Of a stretch of DNA of 64,000 nt, positions 28,491 to 43,810 are shown in pieces. Source of the stretch: Auanema rhodensis (Eukaryota; Animalia; Nematoda); contig OZ059896.1 in assembly GCA_964057225.1 (NCBI GenBank), forward strand, positions 1,550,001 through 1,614,000. Reading direction: 5' to 3'. How positions within the stretch are numbered: position 1 is the first letter of the stretch; each line of letters opens with the position of its first letter. A program made the position numbers and the translations under genes. Below the pieces are notes generated by a model. It was not told the DNA's origin. It searched no databases and saw only the letters and a list, made by a program, of their open reading frames with translations.

Positions 28491-31400
28491 TTTATTGATA
28501 TTGGTGCATGGTAACCATGACTTTGAAATTTACGTGAACTTTAATTTATGCTAATTAAATGTACACGTGATGTGCACTTGGTATGTAACTCGCTTCACGT
28601 GAAAGTTAAAGAGATGCGGTTTTCAAAATTAAATTCCCCATGTCCATATTAGTCTAAAAACAAATTTTTATATATATTGGTTCATGGTAACCATGACTTT
28701 GAAATTTACGTGAACTTTAATTTATGCTAATTAAATGTACACGTGATGTGCACTTGGTATGTAACTCGCTTCACGTGAAAGATAAATAGATGCGGTTTTC
28801 AAAATTAGATTCCCCATGTCCAAATTAGTCTAAAAACAAATTTTTATTGATATTGGTTCATGGTAACCATGACTTTGAAATTTACGTGAACTTCAATTTA
28901 TGCTAATTTAATGTACACGTGATGTGCACTTGGTATGTAACTCGCTTCACGTGAAAGATAAAGAGATGCGGTTTTCACAATTAGATTCCCCATGTCCATA
29001 TTAGTCTAAAAACAAATTTTCATTGATATTGGTGCATGGTAACCATGACTTTGAAATTTACGTGAACTTTAATTTATGCTAATTAAATGTACACGTGATG
29101 AGCACTTGGTATGTAACTCGCTTCACGTGAAAGATAAAGAGATGCGGTTTTCAAAATTAAATTCCCCATGTCCATATTAGTCTAAAAACAAATTTTTATA
29201 TATATTGGTTCATGGTAACCATGACTTTGAAATTTACGTGAACTTTAATTTATGCTAATTAAATGTACACGTGATGTGCACTTGGTATGTAACTCGCTTC
29301 ACGTGAAAGATAAATAGATGCGGTTTTCAAAATTAGATTCCCCATGTCCAAATTAGTCTAAAAACAAATTTTTATTGATATTGGTTCATGGTAACCATGA
29401 CTTTGAAATTTACGTGAACTTTAATTTATGCTAATTTAATGTACACGTGATGTGCACTTGGTATGTAACTCGCTTCACGTGAAAGATAAAGAGATGCGGT
29501 TTTCACAATTAGATTCCCCATGTCCATATTAGTCTAAAAACAAATTTTTATTGATATTGATTCATGGTAACCATGACTTTGAAATTTACGTGAACTTCAA
29601 TTTATGCTAATTAAATGTACACGTGATGTGCACTTGGTATGTAACTTGCTTCACGTGAAAGATAAAGAGATGCGGTTTTCAAAATTAGATTCCCCATGTC
29701 CATATTAGTCTAAAAACAAATTTTTATATATATATTGGTTCATGGTAACCATGACTTTGAAATTTACGTGAACTTTAATTTATGCTAATTAAATGTACAC
29801 GTGATGTGCACTTGGTATGTAACTCGCTTCACGTGAAAGATAAATAGATGCGGTTTTCAAAATTAGATTCCCCATGTCCAAATTAGTCTAAAAACAAATT
29901 TTTATTGATGTTGGTTCATGGTAACCATGACTTTGAAATTTACGTGAACTTCAATTTATGCTAATTTAATGTACACGTGATGTGCACTTGGTATGTAACT
30001 CGCTTCACGTGAAAGATAAAGAGATGCGGTTTTCACAATTAGATTCCCCATGTCCATATTAGTCTAAAAACAAATTTTCATTGATATTGGTGCATGGTAA
30101 CCATGACTTCGAAATTTACGTGAACTTTAATTTATGCTAATTAAATGTACACGTGATGAGCACTTGGTATGTAACTCGCTTCACGTGAAAGATAAAGAGA
30201 TGCGGTTTTCAAAATTAAATTCCCCATGTCCATATTAGTCTAAAAACAAATTTTTATATTTATTGGTTCATGGTAACCATGACTTTGAAATTTACGTGAA
30301 CTTTAATTTATGCTAATTAAATGTACACGTGATGTGCACTTGGTATGTAACTCGCTTCACGTGAAAGATAAATAGATGCGGTTTTCAAAATTAGATTCCC
30401 CATGTCCAAATTAGTCTAAAAACAAATTTTTATTGATATTGGTTCATGGTAACCATGACTTTGAAATTTACGTGAACTTCAATTTATGCTAATTTAATGT
30501 ACACGTGATGTGCACTTGGTATGTAACTCCCTTCACGTGAAAGATAAAGAGATGCGGTTTTCACAATTAGATTCCCCATGTCCATATTAGTCTAAAAACA
30601 AATTTTCATTGATATTGGTGCATGGTAACCATGACTTTGAAATTTACGTGAACTTTAATTTATGCTAATTAAATGTACACGTGATGAGCACTTGGTATGT
30701 AACTCGCTTCACGTGAAAGATAAAGAGATGCGGTTTTCAAAATTAGATTCCCCATGTCCATATTAGTCTAAAAACAAATTTTTATTGATATTGGTGCATG
30801 GTAACCATGACTTTGAAATTTACGTGAACTTTAATTTATGCTAATTAAATGTACACGTGATGTGCACTTGGTATGTAACTCGCTTCACGTGAAAGTTAAA
30901 GAGATGCGGTTTTCAAAATTAAATTCCCCATGTCCATATTAGTCTAAAAACAAATTTTTATATATATTGGTTCATGGTAACCATGACTTTGAAATTTACG
31001 TGAACTTTAATTTATGCTAATTAAATGTACACGTGATGTGCACTTGGTATGTAACTCGCTTCACGTGAAAGATAAATAGATGCGGTTTTCAAAATTAGAT
31101 TCCCCATGTCCAAATTAGTCTAAAAACAAATTTTTATTGATATTGGTTCATGGTAACCATGACTTTGAAATTTACGTGAACTTCAATTTATGCTAATTTA
31201 ATGTACACGTGATGTGCACTTGGTATGTAACTCGCTTCACGTGAAAGATAAAGAGATGCGGTTTTCACAATTAGATTCCCCATGTCCATATTAGTCTAAA
31301 AACAAATTTTCATTGATATTGGTGCATGGTAACCATGACTTTGAAATTTACGTGAACTTTAATTTATGCTAATTAAATGTACACGTGATGAGCACTTGGT

Positions 31401-32010
31401 ATGTAACTCGCTTCACGTGAAAGATAAAGAGATGCGGTTTTCAAAATTAAATTCCCCATGTCCATATTAGTCTAAAAACAAATTTTTATATATATTGGTT
31501 CATGGTAACCATGACTTTGAAATTTACGTGAACTTTAATTTATGCTAATTAAATGTACACGTGATGTGCACTTGGTATGTAACTCGCTTCACGTGAAAGA
31601 TAAATAGATGCGGTTTTCAAAATTAGATTCCCCATGTCCAAATTAGTCTAAAAACAAATTTTTATTGATATTGGTTCATGGTAACCATGACTTTGAAATT
31701 TACGTGAACTTTAATTTATGCTAATTTAATGTACACGTGATGTGCACTTGGTATGTAACTCGCTTCACGTGAAAGATAAAGAGATGCGGTTTTCACAATT
31801 AGATTCCCCATGTCCATATTAGTCTAAAAACAAATTTTTATTGATATTGATTCATGGTAACCATGACTTTGAAATTTACGTGAACTTCAATTTATGCTAA
31901 TTAAATGTACACGTGATGTGCACTTGGTATGTAACTTGCTTCACGTGAAAGATAAAGAGATGCGGTTTTCAAAATTAGATTCCCCATGTCCATATTAGTC
32001 TAAAAACAAA
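27360..32010. repeat. SatA 13-mer (2290-bp) tandem duplication
   Basis: TA insertion 27431/29721, GAAAGTTAAA 28601/30891, AACTCCCTT near 28235/30525 and AACTTGCT near 29643/31933 are all 2290 bp apart (13 x 176 + 2). Confidence 0.9.
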
Positions 32011-35000
32011 TTTTTATTGATATTGGTGCATGGTAACCATGACTTTGAAATTTACGTGAACTTTAATTTATGCTAATTAAATGTACACGTGATGGGCACT
32101 TGGTATGTAACTCGCTTCACGTGAAAGATAAATAGATGCGGTTTTCCAAATTAGATTCCCCATGTCCAAATTAGTCTAAAAACAAATTTTTATTGATATT
32201 GGTTCATGGTAACCATGACTTTGAAATTTACGTGAACTTTAATTTATGCTAATTTAATTTACACGTGATGTGCCCTTAGTATGTAACTCGCTTCACGTGA
32301 AAGATAAAGAGATGCGGTTTTCAAAATTAGATTCCCCATGTCCATATTAGTCTAAAAACAAATTTTTATTGATATTGGTTCATGGTAACCATGACTTTGA
32401 AATTTACGTGAACTTCAATTTATGCTAATTAAATGTACACGTGATGTGCACTTGGTATGTAACTCGCTTCACGTGAAAGATAAAGAGATGCGGTTTTCAA
32501 AATTAGATTCCCCATGTCCATATTAGTCTAAAAACAAATTTTTATTGATATTGGTTCATGGTAACCATGACTTTGAAATTTACGTGAACTTTAATTTATG
32601 CTAATTAAATGTACACGTGATGTGCACTTGGTATGTAACTCGCTTCACGTGGAAGATAAAGAGATGCGGTTTTCAAAATTAGATTCCCCATGTCCATATT
32701 AGTTTAAAAACAAATTTTTATTGATATTGGTTCATGGTAACCATGACTTTGAAATTTACGTGAACTTCAATTTATGCTAATTAAATGTACACATGATGTG
32801 CACTTGGTATGTAACTCGCTTCACGTGAAAGATAAAGAGATGCGGTTTTCAAAATTAGATTCCCCATGTCCATATTAGTCTAAAAACAAATTTTTATTGA
32901 TATTGGTTCATGGTAACCATGACTTTGAAATTTACGTGAACTTTAATTTATGCTAATTAAATGTACACGTGATGTGCACTTGGTATGTAACTCGCTTCAC
33001 GTGAAAGATAAAGAGATGCGGTTTTCAAAATTAGATTCCCCATGTCCATATTAGTCTAAAAACAAATTTTTATTGATATTGGTTCATGGTAACCATGACT
33101 TTGAAATTTACGTGAACTTTAATTTATGCTAATTAAATGTACACGTGATGTGCACTTGGTATGTAACTCGCTTCACGTGAAAGATAAAGAGATGCCGTTT
33201 TCAAAATTAGATTCCCCATGTCCATATTAGTCTAAAAACAAATTTTTATTGATATTGGTTCATGGTAACCATGACTTTGAAATTTACGTGAACTTTAATT
33301 TATGCTAATTAAATGTACACGTGATGTGCACTTGGTATGTAACTCGCTTCACGTGAAAGATAAAGAGATGCGGTTTTTAAAATTAGATTCCCCATGTCCA
33401 TATTAGTCTAAAAACAAATTTTTATTGATATTGGTTCATGGTAACCATGACTTTGAAATTTACGTGAACTTTAATTTATGCTAATTAAATGTACACGTGA
33501 TGTGCACTTGGTATGTAACTCGCTTCACGTGGAAGATAAAGAGATGCGGTTTTCAAAATTAGATTCCCCATGTCAATATTAGTCTAAAAACAAATTTGTA
33601 TTGATATTGGTTCATGGTAACCATGACTTTGAAATTTACGTGAACTTCAATTTATGCTAATTTAATGTACACGTGATGTGCACTTGGTATGTAACTCGCT
33701 TCACGTGAAAGATAAAGAGATGCGGTTTTCACAATTAGATTCCCCATGTCCATATTAGTCTAAAAACAAATTTTCATTGATATTGGTGCATGGTAACCAT
33801 GACTTTGAAATTTACGTGAACTTTAATTTATGCTAATTAAATGTACACGTGATGAGCACTTGGTATGTAACTCGCTTCACGTGAAAGATAAAGAGATGCG
33901 GTTTTCAAAATTAAATTCCCCATGTCCATATTAGTCTAAAAACAAATTTTTATATATATTGGTTCATGGTAACCATGACTTTGAAATTTACGTGAACTTT
34001 AATTTATGCTAATTAAATGTACACGTGATGTGCACTTGGTATGTAACTCGCTTCACGTGAAAGATAAATAGATGCGGTTTTCAAAATTAGATTCCCCATG
34101 TCCAAATTAGTCTAAAAACAAATTTTTATTGATATTGGTTCATGGTAACCATGACTTTGAAATTTACGTGAACTTTAATTTATGCTAATTTAATGTACAC
34201 GTGATGTGCACTTGGTATGTAACTCGCTTCACGTGAAAGATAAAGAGATGCGGTTTTCACAATTAGATTCCCCATGTCCATATTAGTCTCAAAACAAATT
34301 TTTATTGATATTGATTCATGGTAACCATGACTTTGAAATTTACGTGAACTTCAATTTATGCTAATTAAATGTACACGTGATGTGCACTTGGTATGTAACT
34401 TGCTTCACGTGAAAGATAAAGAGATGCGGTTTTCAAAATTAGATTCCCCATGTCCATATTAGTCTAAAAACAAATTTTTATTGATATTGGTGCATGGTAA
34501 CCATGACTTTGAAATTTACGTGAACTTTAATTTATGCTAATTAAATGTACACGTGATGGGCACTTGGTATGTAACTCGCTTCACGTGAAAGATAAATAGA
34601 TGCGGTTTTCCAAATTAGATTCCCCATGTCCAAATTAGTCTAAAAACAAATTTTTATTGATATTGGTTCATGGTAACCATGACTTTGAAATTTACGTGAA
34701 CTTTAATTTATGCTAATTTAATTTACACGTGATGTGCCCTTGGTATGTAACTCGCTTCACGTGAAAGATAAAGAGATGCGGTTTTCAAAATTAGATTCCC
34801 CATGTCCATATTAGTCTAAAAACAAATTTTTATTGATATTGGTTCATGGTAACCATGACTTTGAAATTTACGTGAACTTCAATTTATGCTAATTAAATGT
34901 ACACGTGATGTGCACTTGGTATGTAACTCGCTTCACGTGAAAGATAAAGAGATGCGGTTTTCAAAATTAGATTCCCCATGTCCATATTAGTCTAAAAACA

Positions 35001-38000
35001 AATTTTTATTGATATTGGTTCATGGTAACCATGACTTTGAAATTTACGTGAACTTTAATTTATGCTAATTAAATGTACACGTGATGTGCACTTGGTATGT
35101 AACTCGCTTCACGTGGAAGATAAAGAGATGCGGTTTTCAAAATTAGATTCCCCATGTCCATATTAGTTTAAAAACAAATTTTTATTGATATTGGTTCATG
35201 GTAACCATGACTTTGAAATTTACGTGAACTTCAATTTATGCTAATTAAATGTACACATGATGTGCACTTGGTATGTAACTCGCTTCACGTGAAAGATAAA
35301 GAGATGCGGTTTTCAAAATTAGATTCCCCATGTCCATATTAGTCTAAAAACAAATTTTTATTGATATTGGTTCATGGTAACCATGACTTTGAAATTTACG
35401 TGAACTTTAATTTATGCTAATTAAATGTACACGTGATGTGCACTTGGTATGTAACTCGCTTCACGTGAAAGATAAAGAGATGCGGTTTTCAAAATTAGAT
35501 TCCCCATGTCCATATTAGTCTAAAAACAAATTTTTATTGATATTGGTTCATGGTAACCATGACTTTGAAATTTACGTGAACTTTAATTTATGCTAATTAA
35601 ATGTACACGTGATGTGCACTTGGTATGTAACTCGCTTCACGTGAAAGATAAAGAGATGCGGTTTTCAAAATTAGATTCCCCATGTCCATATTAGTCTAAA
35701 AACAAATTTTTATTGATATTGGTTCATGGTAACCATGACTTTGAAATTTACGTGAACTTTAATTTATGCTAATTAAATGTACACGTGATGTGCACTTGGT
35801 ATGTAACTCGCTTCACGTGAAAGATAAAGAGATGCGGTTTTTAAAATTAGATTCCCCATGTCCATATTAGTCTAAAAACAAATTTTTATTGATATTGGTT
35901 CATGGTAACCATGACTTTGAAATTTACGTGAACTTTAATTTATGCTAATTAAATGTACACGTGATGTGCACTTGGTATGTAACTCGCTTCACGTGGAAGA
36001 TAAAGAGATGCGGTTTTCAAAATTAGATTCCCCATGTCAATATTAGTCTAAAAACAAATTTGTATTGATATTGGTTCATGGTAACCATGACTTTGAAATT
36101 TACGTGAACTTCAATTTATGCTAATTTAATGTACACGTGATGTGCACTTGGTATGTAACTCGCTTCACGTGAAAGATAAAGAGATGCGGTTTTCACAATT
36201 AGATTCCCCATGTCCATATTAGTCTAAAAACAAATTTTCATTGATATTGGTGCATGGTAACCATGACTTTGAAATTTACGTGAACTTTAATTTATGCTAA
36301 TTAAATGTACACGTGATGAGCACTTGGTATGTAACTCGCTTCACGTGAAAGATAAAGAGATGCGGTTTTCAAAATTAAATTCCCCATGTCCATATTAGTC
36401 TAAAAACAAATTTTTATATATATTGGTTCATGGTAACCATGACTTTGAAATTTACGTGAACTTTAATTTATGCTAATTAAATGTACACGTGATGTGCACT
36501 TGGTATGTAACTCGCTTCACGTGAAAGATAAATAGATGCGGTTTTCAAAATTAGATTCCCCATGTCCAAATTAGTCTAAAAACAAATTTTTATTGATATT
36601 GGTTTATGGTAACCATGACTTTGAAATTTACGTGAACTTTAATTTATGCTAATTGAATGTACACGTGATGTGCACTTGGTATGTAACTCGCTTCACGTGG
36701 AAGATGAAGAGATGCGGTTTTCAAAATTAGATTCCCCATGTCCATATTAGTCTAAAAACAAATTTTTATTGATATTGGTTCATGGTAACCATGACTTTGA
36801 AATTTACGTGAACTTTAATTTATGCTAATTTAATGTACACGTGATGTGCACTTGGTATGTAACTCGCTTCACGTGAAAGATAAAGAGATGCGGTTTTCAC
36901 AATTAGATTCCCCATGTCCATATTAGTCTAAAAACAAATTTTTATTGATATTGATTCATGGTAACCATGACTTTGAAATTTACGTGAACTTCAATTTATG
37001 CTAATTAAATGTACACGTGATGTGCACTTGGTATGTAACTTGCTTCACGTGAAAGATAAAGAGATGCGGTTTTCAAAATTAGATTCCCCATGTCCATATT
37101 AGTTTAAAAACAAATTTTTATTGATATTGGTTCATGGTAACCATGACTTTGAAATTTACGTGAACTTCAATTTATGCTAATTAAATGTACACATGATGTG
37201 CACTTGGTATGTAACTCGCTTCACGTGAAAGATAAAGAGATGCGGTTTTCAAAATTAGATTCCCCATGTCCATATTAGTCTAAAAACAAATTTTTATTGA
37301 TATTGGTTCATGGTAACCATGACTTTGAAATTTACGTGAACTTTAATTTATGCTAATTAAATGTACACGTGATGTGCACTTGGTATGTAACTCGCTTCAC
37401 GTGAAAGATAAAGAGATGCGGTTTTCAAAATTAGATTCCCCATGTCCATATTAGTCTAAAAACAAATTTTTATTGATATTGGTTCATGGTAACCATGACT
37501 TTGAAATTTACGTGAACTTTAATTTATGCTAATTAAATGTACACGTGATGTGCACTTGGTATGTAACTCGCTTCACGTGAAAGATAAAGAGATGCGGTTT
37601 TCAAAATTAGATTCCCCATGTCCATATTAGTCTAAAAACAAATTTTTATTGATATTGGTTCATGGTAACCATGACTTTGAAATTTACGTGAACTTTAATT
37701 TATGCTAATTAAATGTACACGTGATGTGCACTTGGTATGTAACTCGCTTCACGTGAAAGATAAAGAGATGCGGTTTTTAAAATTAGATTCCCCATGTCCA
37801 TATTAGTCTAAAAACAAATTTTTATTGATATTGGTTCATGGTAACCATGACTTTGAAATTTACGTGAACTTTAATTTATGCTAATTAAATGTACACGTGA
37901 TGTGCACTTGGTATGTAACTCGCTTCACGTGGAAGATAAAGAGATGCGGTTTTCAAAATTAGATTCCCCATGTCAATATTAGTCTAAAAACAAATTTGTA

Positions 38001-40680
38001 TTGATATTGGTTCATGGTAACCATGACTTTGAAATTTACGTGAACTTCAATTTATGCTAATTTAATGTACACGTGATGTGCACTTGGTATGTAACTCGCT
38101 TCACGTGAAAGATAAAGAGATGCGGTTTTCACAATTAGATTCCCCATGTCCATATTAGTCTAAAAACAAATTTTCATTGATATTGGTGCATGGTAACCAT
38201 GACTTTGAAATTTACGTGAACTTTAATTTATGCTAATTAAATGTACACGTGATGAGCACTTGGTATGTAACTCGCTTCACGTGAAAGATAAAGAGATGCG
38301 GTTTTCAAAATTAAATTCCCCATGTCCATATTAGTCTAAAAACAAATTTTTATATATATTGGTTCATGGTAACCATGACTTTGAAATTTACGTGAACTTT
38401 AATTTATGCTAATTAAATGTACACGTGATGTGCACTTGGTATGTAACTCGCTTCACGTGAAAGATAAATAGATGCGGTTTTCAAAATTAGATTCCCCATG
38501 TCCAAATTAGTCTAAAAACAAATTTTTATTGATATTGGTTCATGGTAACCATGACTTTGAAATTTACGTGAACTTTAATTTATGCTAATTTAATGTACAC
38601 GTGATGTGCACTTGGTATGTAACTCGCTTCACGTGAAAGATAAAGAGATGCGGTTTTCACAATTAGATTCCCCATGTCCATATTAGTCTAAAAACAAATT
38701 TTTATTGATATTGATTCATGGTAACCATGACTTTGAAATTTACGTGAACTTCAATTTATGCTAATTAAATGTACACGTGATGTGCACTTGGTATGTAACT
38801 TGCTTCACGTGAAAGATAAAGAGATGCGGTTTTCAAAATTAGATTCCCCATGTCCATATTAGTCTAAAAACAAATTTTTATTGATATTGGTGCATGGTAA
38901 CCATGACTTTGAAATTTACGTGAACTTTAATTTATGCTAATTAAATGTACACGTGATGGGCACTTGGTATGTAACTCGCTTCACGTGAAAGATAAATAGA
39001 TGCGGTTTTCCAAATTAGATTCCCCATGTCCAAATTAGTCTAAAAACAAATTTTTATTGATATTGGTTCATGGTAACCATGACTTTGAAATTTACGTGAA
39101 CTTTAATTTATGCTAATTTAATGTACACGTGATGTGCCCTTGGTATGTAACTCGCTTCACGTGAAAGATAAAGAGATGCGGTTTTCAAAATTAGATTCCC
39201 CATGTCCATATTAGTCTAAAAACAAATTTTTATTGATATTGGTTCATGGTAACCATGACTTTGAAATTTACGTGAACTTCAATTTATGCTAATTAAATGT
39301 ACACGTGATGTGCACTTGGTATGTAACTCGCTTCACGTGAAAGATAAAGAGATGCGGTTTTCAAAATTAGATTCCCCATGTCCATATTAGTCTAAAAACA
39401 AATTTTTATTGATATTGGTTCATGGTAACCATGACTTTGAAATTTACGTGACCTTTAATTTATGCTAATTAAATGTACACGTGATGTGCACTTGGTATGT
39501 AACTCGCTTCACGTGGAAGATAAAGAGATGCGGTTTTCAAAATTAGATTCCCCATGTCCATATTAGTTTAAAAACAAATTTTTATTGATATTGGTTCATG
39601 GTAACCATGACTTTGAAATTTACGTGAACTTCAATTTATGCTAATTAAATGTACACATGATGTGCACTTGGTGTGTAACTCGCTTCACGTGAAAGATAAA
39701 GAGATGCGGTTTTCAAAATTAGATTCCCCATGTCCATATTAGTCTAAAAACAAATTTTTATTGATATTGGTTCATGGTAACCATGACTTTGAAATTTACG
39801 TGAACTTCAATTTATGCTAATTAAATGTACACGTGATGTGCACTTGGTATGTAACTCGCTTCACGTGAAAGATAAAGAGATGCGGTTTTCAAAATTAGAT
39901 TCCCCATGTCCATATTAGTCTAAAAACAAATTTTTATTGATATTGGTTCATGGTAACCATGACTTTGAAATTTACGTGAACTTTAATTTATGCTAATTAA
40001 ATGTACACGTGATGTGCACTTGGTATGTAACTCGCTTCACGTGAAAGATAAAGAGATGCGGTTTTCACAATTAGATTCCCCATGTCCATATTAGTCTAAA
40101 AACAAATTTTTATTGATATTGGTTCATGGTAACCATGACTTTGAAATTTACGTGAACTTTAATTTATGCTAATTAAATGTACACGTGATGTGCACTTGGT
40201 ATGTAACTCGCTTCACGTGAAAGATAAAGAGATGCGGTTTTCAAAATTAGATTCCCCATGTCCATATTAGTCTAAAAACAAATTTTTATTGATATTGGTT
40301 CATGGTAACCATGACTTTGAAATTTACGTGAACTTTAATTTATGCTAATTAAATGTACACGTGATGTGCACTTGGTATGTAACTCGCTTCACGTGAAAGA
40401 TAAAGAGATGCGGTTTTTAAAATTAGATTCCCCATGTCCATATTAGTCTAAAAACAAATTTTTATTGATATTGGTTCATGGTAACCATGACTTTGAAATT
40501 TACGTGAACTTTAATTTATGCTAATTAAATGTACACGTGATGTGCACTTGGTATGTAACTCGCTTCACGTGGAAGATAAAGAGATGCGGTTTTCAAAATT
40601 AGATTCCCCATGTCAATATTAGTCTAAAAACAAATTTGTATTGATATTGGTTCATGGTAACCATGACTTTGAAATTTACG
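31150..40680. repeat. SatA variable-length higher-order repeat, about 4 copies (14-, 11- and 15-mer spacing)
   Basis: The linked marker TGTCAATATT...AATTTGTATT occurs at 33571, 36035, 37971 and 40611 (spacings 2464, 1936, 2640 = 14, 11, 15 monomers). GATGGGCAC occurs at 32091, 34555 and 38955. AGTTTAAAAA followed by ACATGATG occurs four times. Confidence 0.85.
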
Positions 40681-40809
40681 TGAACTTTAATTTATGCTAA
40701 TTAAATGTACACGTGATGTGCACTTGGTATGTAACTCGCTTCACGTGAAAGATAAAGAGATGCGGTTTTTAAAATTAGATTCCCCATGTCCATATTAGTC
40801 TAAAAACAA

Positions 40810-43800
40810 ATTTTTATTGATATTGGTTTATGGTAACCATGACTTTGAAATTTACGTGAACTTTAATTTTTGCTAATTTAATGTACACGTGATGTGCACT
40901 TTGTATGTAACTCGCTTCACGTGAAAGATAAAGAGATGCGGTTTTCAAAATTAGATTCCCCATGTCCATATTAGTCTAAAAACAAATATTTATTGATATT
41001 GGTTCATGGTAACCATGACTTTGAAATTTACGTGAACTTTAATTTATGCTAGTTAAATGTACACGTGATGTGCACTTGGTATGTAACTCGCTTCACGTGA
41101 AAGATAAAGAGATGCGGTTTTTAAAATTAGATTCCCCATGTCCATATTAGTCTAAAAACAAATTTTTATTGATATTGGTTTATGCTAACCATGACTTTGA
41201 AATTTACGTGAACTTTAATTTATGCTAATTAAATGTACACGTGATGAGCACTTGGTATGTAACTCGCTTCACGTGAAAGATAAAGAGATGCGGTTTTCAA
41301 AATTAGATTCCCCATGTCCATATTAGTCTAAAAACAAATTTTTATTGATATTGGTTCATGCTAACCATGACTTTGAAATTTACGTGAACTTTAATTTATG
41401 CTAATTGAATGTACACGTGATGTGCACTTGGTATGTAACTCGCTTTACGTGAAAGATAAAGAGATGCGGTTTTCAAAATTAGATTCCCCATGTCCATATT
41501 AGTCTAAAAACAAATTTTTATTGATATTGGTTCATGGTAACCATGACTTTGAAATTTACGTGAACTTTAATTTATGCTAATTGAATGTACACGTGATGTG
41601 CACTTGGTATGTAACTCGCTTCACGTGAAAGATAAAGAGATGCGGTTTTCAAAGTTAGATTCCCCATGTCCAAATTAGTCTAAAAACAAATTTTTATTGA
41701 TATTGGTTCATGGTAACCATGACTTTGAAATTTACGTGAACTTTAATTTATGCTAATTAAATGTACACGTGATGTGCACTTGGTATGTAACTCGCTTCAC
41801 GTGAAAGATAAAGAGATGCGGTTTTCAAAATTAAATTCCCCATGTCCATATTAGTCTAAAAACAAATTTTTATATATATTGGTTCATGGTAACCATGACT
41901 TTGAAATTTACGTGAACTTTAATTTATGCTAATTTAATGTACACGTGATGTGCACTTGGTATGTAACTCGCTTCACGTGAAAGATAAAGAGATGCGGTTT
42001 TCACAATTAGATTCCCCATGTCCATATTAGTCTAAAAACAAATTTTCATTGATATTGGTGCATGGTAACCATGACTTTGAAATTTACGTGAACTTTAATT
42101 TATGCTAATTAAATGTACACGTGATGAGCACTTGGTATGTAACTCGCTTCACGTGAAAGATAAAGAGATGCGGTTTTCAAAATTAGATTCCCCATGTCCA
42201 TATTAGTCTAAAAACAAATTTTTATTGATATTGGTTTATGGTAACCATGACTTTGAAATTTACGTGAACTTTAATTTATGCTAATTAAATGTACACGTGA
42301 TGTGCACTTGGTATGTAACTCGCTTCACGTGAAAGATAAAGAGATGCGGTTTTCAAAATTAGATTCCCCATGTCCATATTAGTCTAAAAACAAATTTTTA
42401 TTGATATTGGTTTATGGTAACCATGACTTTGAAATTTACGTGAACTTTAATTTTTGCTAATTTAATGTACACGTGATGTGCACTTTGTATGTAACTCGCT
42501 TCACGTGAAAGATAAAGAGATGCGGTTTTCAAAATTAGATTCCCCATGTCCATATTAGTCTAAAAACAAATATTTATTGATATTGGTTCATGGTAACCAT
42601 GACTTTGAAATTTACGTGAACTTTAATTTATGCTAGTTAAATGTACACGTGATGTGCACTTGGTATGTAACTCGCTTCACGTGAAAGATAAAGAGATGCG
42701 GTTTTTAAAATTAGATTCCCCATGTCCATATTAGTCTAAAAACAAATTTTTATTGATATTGGTTTATGCTAACCATGACTTTGAAATTTACGTGAACTTT
42801 AATTTATGCTAATTAAATGTACACGTGATGAGCACTTGGTATGTAACTCGCTTCACGTGAAAGATAAAGAGATGCGGTTTTCAAAATTAGATTCCCCATG
42901 TCCATATTAGTCTAAAAACAAATTTTTATTGATATTGGTTCATGCTAACCATGACTTTGAAATTTACGTGAACTTTAATTTATGCTAATTGAATGTACAC
43001 GTGATGTGCACTTGGTATGTAACTCGCTTTACGTGAAAGATAAAGAGATGCGGTTTTCAAAATTAGATTCCCCATGTCCATATTAGTCTAAAAACAAATT
43101 TTTATTGATATTGGTTCATGGTAACCATGACTTTGAAATTTACGTGAACTTTAATTTATGCTAATTGAATGTACACGTGATGTGCACTTGGTATGTAACT
43201 CGCTTCACGTGAAAGATAAAGAGATGCGGTTTTCAAAGTTAGATTCCCCATGTCCAAATTAGTCTAAAAACAAATTTTTATTGATATTGGTTCATGGTAA
43301 CCATGACTTTGAAATTTACGTGAACTTTAATTTATGCTAATTAAATGTACACGTGATGTGCACTTGGTATGTAACTCGCTTCACGTGAAAGATAAAGAGA
43401 TGCGGTTTTCAAAATTAAATTCCCCATGTCCATATTAGTCTAAAAACAAATTTTTATATATATTGGTTCATGGTAACCATGACTTTGAAATTTACGTGAA
43501 CTTTAATTTATGCTAATTTAATGTACACGTGATGTGCACTTGGTATGTAACTCGCTTCACGTGAAAGATAAAGAGATGCGGTTTTCACAATTAGATTCCC
43601 CATGTCCATATTAGTCTAAAAACAAATTTTCATTGATATTGGTGCATGGTAACCATGACTTTGAAATTTACGTGAACTTTAATTTATGCTAATTAAATGT
43701 ACACGTGATGAGCACTTGGTATGTAACTCGCTTCACGTGAAAGATAAAGAGATGCGGTTTTCAAAATTAGATTCCCCATGTCCATATTAGTCTAAAAACA

Positions 43801-43810
43801 AATTTTTATT
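40810..43810. repeat. SatA 9-mer (1584-bp) tandem duplication, with a partial third copy near 44.5-45.1 kb
   Basis: CACTTTGTA 40897/42481 and AGTTAAATG 41051/42635 are 1584 bp apart. CGCTTTACG and CAAAGTTAG show the same spacing and recur a further 1760 bp downstream. Confidence 0.88.
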
